This document shows positions 18,695-26,797 of a DNA stretch of 64,000 nt, in pieces. This stretch comes from Candidatus Undinarchaeales archaeon. Its GTDB lineage: Archaea > SpSt-1190 > JASMDC01. Made by a program: the position numbers and the translations under genes. The notes beneath the pieces were generated by a model. The model worked only from the letters and a program-made list of their open reading frames with translations. It was not told the DNA's origin and did not search any database. The stretch lies in NCBI GenBank assembly GCA_030753015.1, contig JASMDC010000005.1, forward strand, positions 1 through 64,000, read 5' to 3'. Each line of letters starts with the position of its first letter. The stretch's first letter is position 1.

Positions 18695-19672
18695 CTATGA
18701 TGGCCTGAACGGTTCCTCCTTGGTGAGCATGTGCCAGACGTCGGTCAGCATCTTCCGTGCGATGCTCCTTCTTGCGGTTTTGTAATCGTTCCTCCGGTTG
18801 ACCCGGGAGAAGTGACCCGTGTATCGATCGTCCTTCATGATGGCCCTGCCAGAGCATTGGTACATGATCCACTTGAGCCACTTGTTACACGCCTTTATGC
18901 GCACCGAGTGGCTCGTATTCCCGGACTGCTTGATGCCGCGGCAGAGACCTGCGTAGCTCACAAGGCTCTTCGGCCTCTTGAACCTTCTGATGTCGCCGAT
19001 CTCGCCCAGGATCATCAGCGAGCCGAAGCTACCGATACCGGGGACCGTCTGTAGAAGGCCGGCCCGATAGTTGGTGCGGGCGATTATGTCGATCTCCTTT
19101 TTGACTGGCTTGATTTCCCCCTCGATCGCTTCCAGGATATGCACGAGGTTCGCGATCTTAGGGTCGAGGCTCTTGAGATGCTCAAGGTCCTTCTTGTTCC
19201 ACGTTATCCTGAAGATATTCCCATCCATGGCGAGGAAGGCCTTGATCCTGGACTTGAGCGAGGTCTGTTGCCGGACCATACGGGCGCGGTGCCGGGTAAG
19301 GTCACGCAGCATCAGGATTTCCTCGTCCGGAATGTAGACCCGGGGGAGGAAGTTTTTACTGAGAAGCTCAGAAAGGAGCCTGGCGTCGACCTTGTCCGTG
19401 CTCCTGGCATCGGCGATCCGGCGGACCTTGAGAGGATTGGCAAGGGCCACCTCGTAGCCCATATCTTTCAGGATCCTGTATACTCCACGCCAGAGACCAC
19501 AGGCCTCGATGGCTATCGTCAGGGATGGGCTTGGTATCCCTTCGAAGAACTTCTCGATGGCCTTCCTTGTGTAAGGGATCGTCTTCTCCCGTTCAATGGT
19601 CCCGTCCCCGTGGCGCACTATTCCACGAAGTGTTTCTTTATGGATGTCCATAGCTCCGTATAGCTGTTCCAT
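18695..19672 (-). CDS. IS110-family transposase (DEDD RuvC-like plus Tnp domain)
   Basis: AMDIHK, IEACG, STDKVDA, TVPGIG, IGDIRRF, SYAGL...QSG. GGAG SD. Confidence 0.95.
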   Translation of the reverse strand: MEQLYGAMDIHKETLRGIVRHGDGTIEREKTIPYTRKAIEKFFEGIPSPSLTIAIEACGLWRGVYRILKDMGYEVALANPLKVRRIADARSTDKVDARLLSELLSKNFLPRVYIPDEEILMLRDLTRHRARMVRQQTSLKSRIKAFLAMDGNIFRITWNKKDLEHLKSLDPKIANLVHILEAIEGEIKPVKKEIDIIARTNYRAGLLQTVPGIGSFGSLMILGEIGDIRRFKRPKSLVSYAGLCRGIKQSGNTSHSVRIKACNKWLKWIMYQCSGRAIMKDDRYTGHFSRVNRRNDYKTARRSIARKMLTDVWHMLTKEEPFRPS

Positions 19673-19854
19673 TGCATCAACTCCAGTTCCGATAAGCTGG
19701 TTATCGGAACGGGTCTACTCTCCATTGTAAAATTCTATAGACAGTCACGCCACCCTCCGGTTCTATTTAATGCTGAAATGTCTACTACAGTTAGGAGGGA
19801 TGTTCAAGGGATTTCAAGTGAAATGAAGAGGCGACGGTCATCTGTGATCATCCA

Positions 19855-20010
19855 TTGGATGCCTTCATCAGCATGCTCCGCTACCAGGCTGTAATGGCCG
19901 GGACGGAGCTGGTCGAGATCGATAGGGACGTGAACGCTGCACTGAACATACTCGCAAGAGCTAGGGCTGGACGAGCCCGAAGTCACGCCTGCGGAGATCC
20001 CGCCTCTACT
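19855..20010 (+). pseudogene. tnpB: tnpB C-terminal remnant with the zinc finger deleted
   Basis: DAFISMLRYQAVMAGTELVEI is joined directly to DRDVNAALNILARARAGRARSHACGD. Confidence 0.75.
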
Positions 20011-20123
20011 CCTGCCATAAACGCGGGAGCAAGTGGGATTGTCGAACCAGGAACTATACGTGGTGAGCCCTTCGGGGCGATAGACGCTGGAAGACTGAGG
20101 CTTTGGCCTCAGGAGGATGTCAC
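20000..20123 (+). ncRNA. omegaRNA-like scaffold / IS605 right end, copy 1
   Basis: Overlaps the 3' end of the tnpB remnant, contains a GCCC-TTCG-GGGC hairpin and ends in TCAC. Homologous to 53385-53496. Confidence 0.55.
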
Positions 20124-20244
20124 ACAAGGTATTTAGTGCTCTGGTGCCTTATTGTGTATAGAAGAGAGGCGTCCAACTCGTTGAGATACGTCCCGAAGTC
20201 GTTCCCCCGCCACCAACGACCAGAAATCACAGACACCGACCACT

Positions 20245-21477
20245 ATGGCGACTCCACGACCCGAGACCACAAAGACGGTACTTGGGGAAGGCGACGGCAG
20301 TCATACGAGCATGGGCCTTTCACGAGGAGCCTCGCGGCCGGCCATCCTGTCCTTGACGGCCATCCTCATCCTTATAGCGATGGTCACCACGGCCGCCGCC
20401 CCGGAAAGTGCGGGCCCCGAGGCCACTTGCACGTGCCCCGGTACGGTGAACGTCTCCACGCTCACCTGTTCATACCACGAGGACGCCGTGATGGATGGCG
20501 GTAATGTCCCGTACGGACGAACGACCTGTGGGCCGGACATCTGCCCTGTGTACACCGCGCACCTCGGGTACGAGCGGGAACTGTGTCATCCACGCGACGG
20601 TCCAATGCCAGCTATCGGGATCACGAACATACGCATTCGCTCCCATCGGATCCCAGAGGGCGGAATGGTCGGGCGTGTCACGTTCAAGGTTATCCACTCG
20701 CCATACCTCCAATCCGCAGAGAATGCGAACAAGGGCTGTGACCACTGTCGAGCGACCGTATCCTACAGGAACATCATCAAGAGCTGTACGCACCTTGTAG
20801 ATGGCCTGTTCAGCTGTGACGTCCCCGGGCCCGTGACTACCGTACAGCGCCCTGTTGTCACGATCATCGCCATGGACCCTTTGTGCCATCACTGTACAAA
20901 GGCCGATGCACCGCATCTGTGCGATTACGAGGGCAGCCCCTCCCCTGAGACAGGTACATGCATGCTCCACATCGACGCCCACGTCCAGACCGCGTTCTCC
21001 CTTGAACGCTTTGTCGAGCTCGAAGTGCGGAAGATGACGGGGACAGCTGACATCGTGGGCGACTCGATGAAAGCGTACGTGGGTGAACGGTTCGTGCTAG
21101 GTGCACGTGTTACCAACTACTGGACCATTCCGGTGAACGTCGTGCTCATACTGGATAGAAAGGGGATCTGGTCGACCTTCCAGGAACGATCGTTCCCCCT
21201 CCTTCCGGGTGAGACAAGGACCGTGCCTATCGAACTGTTCCCCTACACGCGGGTCCCTGATGCCCGCATCTCGCTCTCCGTTGAGGAAGCAGGAATCCGC
21301 AGTCTGCTCGACGAGAGCTCGTTCCACGTCCAGGTGATACATCCGGGTGGTAGCTCGTTCATGACCCATGCTCCGGGTGTGGGCCCTGTGGACACGGCAC
21401 TCCTGTTCGTGTTCGCATCATTATTCCTAGTACACCGGAGCGCACGGCCGTTCACCCGCAAGGGAACGTATAAATAG
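20245..21477 (+). CDS. Secreted Cys-rich protein with Ig-like region and C-terminal membrane anchor
   Basis: Hydrophobic signal-like segment, many Cys in the N-half, APGVG plus TM helix plus basic tail. Start may be 20311. Confidence 0.7.
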   Translation: MATPRPETTKTVLGEGDGSHTSMGLSRGASRPAILSLTAILILIAMVTTAAAPESAGPEATCTCPGTVNVSTLTCSYHEDAVMDGGNVPYGRTTCGPDICPVYTAHLGYERELCHPRDGPMPAIGITNIRIRSHRIPEGGMVGRVTFKVIHSPYLQSAENANKGCDHCRATVSYRNIIKSCTHLVDGLFSCDVPGPVTTVQRPVVTIIAMDPLCHHCTKADAPHLCDYEGSPSPETGTCMLHIDAHVQTAFSLERFVELEVRKMTGTADIVGDSMKAYVGERFVLGARVTNYWTIPVNVVLILDRKGIWSTFQERSFPLLPGETRTVPIELFPYTRVPDARISLSVEEAGIRSLLDESSFHVQVIHPGGSSFMTHAPGVGPVDTALLFVFASLFLVHRSARPFTRKGTYK

Positions 21478-21514
21478 GGTCCGCGGACCCGTTCTCACTT
21501 AGCAGTGGTCACTC

Positions 21515-22297
21515 ATGTACATACTTGACGCCCTCCTGCACCGGGAACGCGACGGGGAACCACTCCGTATCGCAACGCTCATGCACCATGCCAAGGGCTT
21601 CAATGCAACGCTGGCCGTCTCATACTTGGAGAAGGCGGGCGTGGAGGTGCACCCGTACAGGGCGTACATGGGCGAGTTCCCCGATCCGGAGGCGTATGAT
21701 GGCTTCATCGGCGTGGGATCGTCCTTCAATGTGCGCGATAAGCGTGGGCTGCGGTGGCTCGAGCTCGAAAAGGAGTTCTATCGCGATGTCGAACGACCGA
21801 CATTAGGCATCTGCTTTTCACATCAAGTGATGGCAGAGGCCTATGGTGGCCTGAGCGACAAGGCGGCCGGCTACGAGCTATGTAGGGGCGCCGTCAAGGT
21901 CCACGTCGACACCACCTGTCCCCTCTACGAGGGGCTCGACGATGAGGTCTTCGTATCGGCGGTGCACGGCGACGAGATCGTCGAGGTGCCCGCGGAGTTC
22001 GAGGTGGACGCCTACTCCGACATCTGCGCTGTGGAAGGGATGCACCACCGGGAGAAACCCATGTATGCGGTCCAGTTCCATCCTGAGCGGGCCAGTCTGG
22101 TCGAGCAAGCAGGTCACTCCAATGACGACGGTTATCGCATGTTGGAGAACTTCCTGGGGATCGTGCGTGAAAATAAAATGGAGAGGGAAGGGACCGATAC
22201 CCCCGAGGTAGAGGTGCCGGACCAAGGACCCAGGGGCATGTCGCGGATCGGCCATGCCATCGGGAGCTACCTTAAGGACATCTTTGGTAGTGGATGA
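21515..22297 (+). CDS. Type 1 glutamine amidotransferase (GuaA-N-like)
   Basis: LGICFSHQ nucleophile elbow, HGDEI, VQFHPE. Confidence 0.9.
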   Translation: MYILDALLHRERDGEPLRIATLMHHAKGFNATLAVSYLEKAGVEVHPYRAYMGEFPDPEAYDGFIGVGSSFNVRDKRGLRWLELEKEFYRDVERPTLGICFSHQVMAEAYGGLSDKAAGYELCRGAVKVHVDTTCPLYEGLDDEVFVSAVHGDEIVEVPAEFEVDAYSDICAVEGMHHREKPMYAVQFHPERASLVEQAGHSNDDGYRMLENFLGIVRENKMEREGTDTPEVEVPDQGPRGMSRIGHAIGSYLKDIFGSG

Positions 22298-22314
22298 TTA
22301 CGCCCCGACCACTG

Positions 22315-22905
22315 TCAGGTATGAATTACTTCGAATGGACTGACACCGACCTTTGCCAGCATCTCCAATACGAGAGCTAGAGGAAGCCCGATGATATTGG
22401 AATAACATCCATCGATCCGTTCGACCAGTGCAGCACCCCGCCCCTGGATGGCGTATGCTCCAGCCTTCCCCATCCCATCCCCGGAGCCAACGTAGGACTG
22501 GAGCGTCTCCTTGGAATGGTTCCTGAACCGGACGACCGTTCGTTCATGACCGACCTGGAGCATACCTGTGACACAGTCCATTACCGCTATACCGGTGAGC
22601 ACCTCGTGCTGTCTACCGTTCAGGGCCAGAAGGGTCGCCAACGCGTCCTGGGAATGCGCGGGTTTGCCTAGTATACTATCGTCCAGAAGTATCATGGTAT
22701 CGGCCCCGAGCACGATCGCGTCCTCCAGTTCGAAGGCCACGAATCCAGCTTTACGTCGGGCGAGCGTTTCCACATACTCCACAGCATCGGTAACATCGGG
22801 AAGCGACTCGTCCACGTGTGGTGGGATTACCTCTGGATTGAGCCCCACCTGCTGCAACAACGCGAGGCGCTGTTGTGAACCGGAAGCGAGCACTAGACGC
22901 CGCAT
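22315..22905 (-). CDS. maf: Maf-family nucleoside triphosphate pyrophosphatase
   Basis: LVLASGS, GADT, ILGKP, KAGAYAIQG, NIIGLP. Confidence 0.93.
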   Translation of the reverse strand: MRRLVLASGSQQRLALLQQVGLNPEVIPPHVDESLPDVTDAVEYVETLARRKAGFVAFELEDAIVLGADTMILLDDSILGKPAHSQDALATLLALNGRQHEVLTGIAVMDCVTGMLQVGHERTVVRFRNHSKETLQSYVGSGDGMGKAGAYAIQGRGAALVERIDGCYSNIIGLPLALVLEMLAKVGVSPFEVIHT

Positions 22906-22909
22906 ATGC

Positions 22910-24277
22910 CTATGAGGAGCCGTCCGGTTCCTCGCGGAGACTCTCAGCCACGTGCTCAGCGATCTCACGGCCCTTGGCCTTCACGGCATCCTCGTTCATG
23001 GTAAGGATCTCGCGGTCACGCATGACCACCTGGCCGTTGATAATGCTGGTCTCGACATCGTTGTGGTCGGCAGCGTACACGATGTGCGAGTACACGTTAT
23101 ACATCGGAGTCATGTTCGCGCTGTCGGTACCGATCACGATGAGGTCCGCCTTCTTTCCGGTCTCAAGGGATCCGATCTTGTCCTCCATGTGCAGGGCCTG
23201 TGCCCCACCGATAGTGGCCATCTCGACCACTCGCTGAGCTGGCATGGCTGTGCAGTCCATGGAGTGGATCTTGTGGAGCTTCGCGGTCGTGTCCATCTCA
23301 CCGAACATGTCAAGGTCGTTGTTTGATGCGGCACCATCGGTACCAAGACCGACGTACCCGCCCTTATCCATGAGGTCAGGGATCGGTGCAACTCCCGAGG
23401 CGAGCTTCATATTGCTCTCGGGATTGTGGGCAATACCAGTTCCGGTATTGACCAGCAGGTCCTTCTCGTTCTCTGTGAGCCAGACACAATGGGCAGCGAC
23501 CACGTTGTCGCCCAGGATACCCAGTGAGTTCAGGTACTCAGTAGGCGTCTTTCCGTGCTTCTCCTTGATCTGCTCGACCTCGCTCTGGGTCTCTGATAGA
23601 TGGATGATGTAGGGTACGCCCTCTTTATCGGCAAGGTCCTTGGCCGCTTTGAGGCTCTGTGGGCCCACGGTGTAAGGGGCGTGAGGAGCAACAGCGGGCG
23701 TGATTAGGTCATCGCCCTTCCAGTCCTTAATGAACGTCTCAGCGTACTTGATGCCACCGGCCGGGTCCACCGAATCCGGCGACGGGAAGTCCAGGACGGT
23801 CTCTCCCAGAACGGCACGCATGCCCGCTTCCTTGGTGGCCTTTGCAGCTTGGTCCTCGAAGTAGTACATGTCGCAGAACGTGGTCGTCCCGCCCTTGATC
23901 ATCTCTGCGCATGCCAGCTTGGTCCCGTGGTAGACCATGTCGGCGTTCGTGTTCTTCGCTTCTGCCGGGAATATATAGTCCTGAAGCCACTCCATGAGAG
24001 GCAGGTCGTCGGCCATTCCGCGGTAAACGCTCATTGCCGCATGGGTGTGAGCGTTCACCAACCCGGGCATCACGATCTTGCCCGAGGCATCGACATCCTC
24101 TTTGGCGTCATAGAGGGTACGAGCCTCCTCGGCCGTCCCCACATACACGATCTCATCACCCTTCATAGCTACCGCTCCGTCCTGATAGACGTTTCGGTCG
24201 CCGTCCATGGTGACGACTGTCCCACCAGTGACCAGGACATCCACGTCTTCCCGGTCTGTGGCTTCATATTCGAGCAT
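22910..24277 (-). CDS. mtaD: 5'-methylthioadenosine/S-adenosylhomocysteine deaminase-like amidohydrolase
   Basis: PGLVNAHTH, APHAPYT, IHLSET, AHCV, HNPESNMKLASG, GTDGAASNN. Confidence 0.9.
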   Translation of the reverse strand: MLEYEATDREDVDVLVTGGTVVTMDGDRNVYQDGAVAMKGDEIVYVGTAEEARTLYDAKEDVDASGKIVMPGLVNAHTHAAMSVYRGMADDLPLMEWLQDYIFPAEAKNTNADMVYHGTKLACAEMIKGGTTTFCDMYYFEDQAAKATKEAGMRAVLGETVLDFPSPDSVDPAGGIKYAETFIKDWKGDDLITPAVAPHAPYTVGPQSLKAAKDLADKEGVPYIIHLSETQSEVEQIKEKHGKTPTEYLNSLGILGDNVVAAHCVWLTENEKDLLVNTGTGIAHNPESNMKLASGVAPIPDLMDKGGYVGLGTDGAASNNDLDMFGEMDTTAKLHKIHSMDCTAMPAQRVVEMATIGGAQALHMEDKIGSLETGKKADLIVIGTDSANMTPMYNVYSHIVYAADHNDVETSIINGQVVMRDREILTMNEDAVKAKGREIAEHVAESLREEPDGSS

Positions 24278-24421
24278 AATGACTCACCTTTATGTCGCTA
24301 CTGCATAGTAGTGTCATTTGTTGTATATAAATGTTTCGTCTCCGTGTCCCGTTATGGAGCACGAGGAGCGAGTGGTCCAGTATATGAAGCTTGCGTTTGG
24401 GGTCTATTTCGCCGCAGGCAT

Positions 24422-25378
24422 CTACTTCATGCTCAGCGAGCTGTGTACCATTTCGCGCAGGTTGGAAGAGCTCGATCGGCACCTTTCAGACCAGTAGGCC
24501 GTCACGGGGCGATGTATCTGATAGGGTCCCGTGTCCAAGTGCACTGTTTCAAATCCTGCCGATGAGGTGCGAACCGCGACCTCACGCAGGCCGAAGATGA
24601 GCGATCCGCCGACATACGGATCCGGAGCGGCATGGAGTACAGGACCATCAAGCATCCCATGAGATTCGAGCTCCCCTGTCTCGAGGTCCGCAGTGAACAC
24701 GCCCCCACCTTCGGTCCCGATTATCGCTTCGGTTCCAGAAGGCCAGATCGCCGTGATGCGTCCATCGAGCCTACTGAGCGCTCGCGGGCCCTTATCATCC
24801 ACCGCGACAAGGACGCTTGTCCCACGCATCGTCTCATGGACCGTTACTAGAGCATTTCTCCCCCATCCCGTCACCAGGTCCGCCACACCTTGGTTCAGGG
24901 GATGGGTGATCGCTGGTTCACCCGGATCCGGATCGACGAAATGGAGTGCTCGTCCGCACACCGAAAGGATGCATCGTTCAAGGGGCATGACCGCTCGTAC
25001 GTCCTCAGTGAAACGATACCCGTGGGGCTCGAGCCCTTCCCCCCTGCGCCACCAGACAAGGCTGTCGTCAACGGGCACTATGACCGCATCACCATGGCAG
25101 GCAGGGATCCCTACGTGTCGTGCAGACAGTATCGTCCGCCAGCGAGCGTCCAGGTCCGGCCTCTCCAGGTCCAGAAGTATGCTCTTTGGCCCTTTGAGAA
25201 CGATCACCAGAGGTCCTTCCGGTTCAAGGGGGCGGATATAGATGATGGCGTGCTCATGGTCGTTGAACGAGAACACTGTGGACGATACAAGATTACCATC
25301 GTCCATCGGTATCAGGGCCCCGAGCGTTCCCGTGGCGGTCCCGTAGAACGTCAAAGGACACGTACCCCGCGTCCCCAT
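24422..25378 (-). CDS. Hypothetical protein, beta-propeller-like
   Basis: 318 aa beta-rich ORF with ITAIW...IIGTEGGGV-type blades. Confidence 0.55.
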   Translation of the reverse strand: MGTRGTCPLTFYGTATGTLGALIPMDDGNLVSSTVFSFNDHEHAIIYIRPLEPEGPLVIVLKGPKSILLDLERPDLDARWRTILSARHVGIPACHGDAVIVPVDDSLVWWRRGEGLEPHGYRFTEDVRAVMPLERCILSVCGRALHFVDPDPGEPAITHPLNQGVADLVTGWGRNALVTVHETMRGTSVLVAVDDKGPRALSRLDGRITAIWPSGTEAIIGTEGGGVFTADLETGELESHGMLDGPVLHAAPDPYVGGSLIFGLREVAVRTSSAGFETVHLDTGPYQIHRPVTAYWSERCRSSSSNLREMVHSSLSMK

Positions 25379-25662
25379 GTATGGTCATGCAGGCGCACAG
25401 TAATTTAAATTGGACCATAATACGAGCGAATTTGTCAATCGTCCATTATTTCGATTGAAACTCGTGTGACAAACCCACTCTGAGCCCGTGCGAACGTTGC
25501 GTGATTGTCCCGACCCATGTATTCACACACATTGCGGGATCGTCCTTGGGTGAAAACACATGAAATATCCGCCTTAATTGTTTACTTTTCGTTGAGTGAA
25601 CGTTGCGCAACCGTTTCAGGAAATCATTTTAAACCAGGATGAACTAAGCCCATTTCGTTTAG

Positions 25663-26256
25663 GTGAACACCATGCCGTCCAACAAGAAAGCTGCAAGGGG
25701 CCAAGCCGCGCTTGAGTTCCTCATGACGTACGGGTGGGTTCTAGTGATTATCGTTATCGCTGGTGCCGCCCTGTATTCGATGGGTATCTTGAATCCCTCT
25801 ACCTATATGAAGAAGGGCTGTGTAGGGTTCGAGAAGATACACTACAAAGACCATCTCTTCAAGGCGAGCCCCGATAATATCGGGCTGTGGACCGTCTGGT
25901 CCTCAGAGACCGAGCGCGAGAGCGTTTTCCAGCTCCGCCTCCAGAACGGTGCTGGCGAGACGCTTCGCATCAGGAACGCTGACGTGGAGTACCCTGACGG
26001 TATTCACGTGACCTGGTCCGAGCGCGGATACGACTGTGACTACTACAACACCGCAGGCGACACCGACTCGGGCTGCCAGGAGCAGAACGTGTCAGAGGCC
26101 GAGGTCACCACCCTCAAGATGGAGGATGTGGGCCGCGGAACTCTGGACCTCCGCTTCGGAACGGTCTACAGGTCCAAGGTGAAGATCACCTTCGACGTGT
26201 TCAACGCCCTGTCGGACCACACTGAGACCGCTATCTGCTCAGGTAAGATCGAGTAG
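25663..26256 (+). CDS. Class III signal-peptide (type IV pilin-like) protein
   Basis: KKAARG/QAALEFLMTYGWVLVIIVIAGAALY. Start may be 25672. Confidence 0.88.
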   Translation: MNTMPSNKKAARGQAALEFLMTYGWVLVIIVIAGAALYSMGILNPSTYMKKGCVGFEKIHYKDHLFKASPDNIGLWTVWSSETERESVFQLRLQNGAGETLRIRNADVEYPDGIHVTWSERGYDCDYYNTAGDTDSGCQEQNVSEAEVTTLKMEDVGRGTLDLRFGTVYRSKVKITFDVFNALSDHTETAICSGKIE

Positions 26257-26268
26257 ATCTGTCGGAAA

Positions 26269-26320
26269 GAAGGGGTCCTCCGGGACCCCTTCATTTTTCT
26301 CTTTTTCTGTTCTTCTTTTG
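26269..26320 (+). terminator. Hairpin plus pyrimidine/T tract after the pilin gene
   Basis: GAAGGGGTCC-TCCG-GGACCCCTTC followed by ATTTTTCTCTTTTTC. Confidence 0.75.
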
Positions 26321-26322
26321 GT

Positions 26323-26733
26323 ATGGAGAAGACCGAACGGAAATATCCACTTCCAGTTCGGCCCCAGACGCTAATCCTTCTGCTCATCCTTTCCCAGGCG
26401 TTTGACGTCATCACGACCTACATAGGCATCCAGGTCGGGCTAACCGAGGGGAACACACTAATCGCACCGATCGCCGACGACCTCCTCAGCCTCATCGAAT
26501 TCAAGCTCATCTTCTTCTTCCCCATCATACTCCTCCCTGTCGCCCTCCTGTACATCACATACGTAGCGTCGATGACCACGAAACGGCCCAAGGAAAAGGA
26601 AATCGTCCCTCGTCAAGAGAGCTACCTCTTTAACAATCTCCTTCAGGGCCTGCTCTTCTTCCTGCTTGTCTGGAGCTGGGCCGTCATAGTCAACAACCTC
26701 ATCGGTATCGCGCACATAACGATGACCGGTTGA
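26323..26733 (+). CDS. DUF5658-like small membrane protein
   Basis: DVITTYIG..G..EGN motif and three hydrophobic helices. Confidence 0.7.
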   Translation: MEKTERKYPLPVRPQTLILLLILSQAFDVITTYIGIQVGLTEGNTLIAPIADDLLSLIEFKLIFFFPIILLPVALLYITYVASMTTKRPKEKEIVPRQESYLFNNLLQGLLFFLLVWSWAVIVNNLIGIAHITMTG

Positions 26734-26797
26734 GCGCGATGACCGAGGTCGGAGTGTCCCCTGAATTGTATAGCATCCCTCTCGTACTGCAGGGATG

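Larger units (their letters stand above)
18316..19748 (-). mobile_element. IS110-family element, IS1111 type
   Basis: 11-bp subterminal inverted repeats TAGAATTTTAC (18323-18333) and GTAAAATTCTA (19727-19737). CAC core at both junctions (18316-18318, 19746-19748). Long non-coding region 3' of the transposase. Confidence 0.85.
18222..20123 (+). mobile_element. Decayed IS200/IS605-family (tnpB) element interrupted by the IS110-family element
   Basis: Left-end-like hairpin CTCATCC/GGGTGGG-ATGAAT (18232-18258), a tnpB C-terminal remnant, and a right-end hairpin CTGAGGC-TTTG-GCCTCAG (20095-20112) ending in GATGTCAC (20123). The left boundary is approximate. Confidence 0.6.

Noticed and set aside
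19981-19989. AGTCACGCC matching the IS left junction and guide
   Set aside because: It lies in tnpB-derived RSHACG codons, and a 9-mer match is probably chance.
19855-20136. 93-aa ORF as a functional gene
   Set aside because: It is a tnpB fragment lacking most domains.
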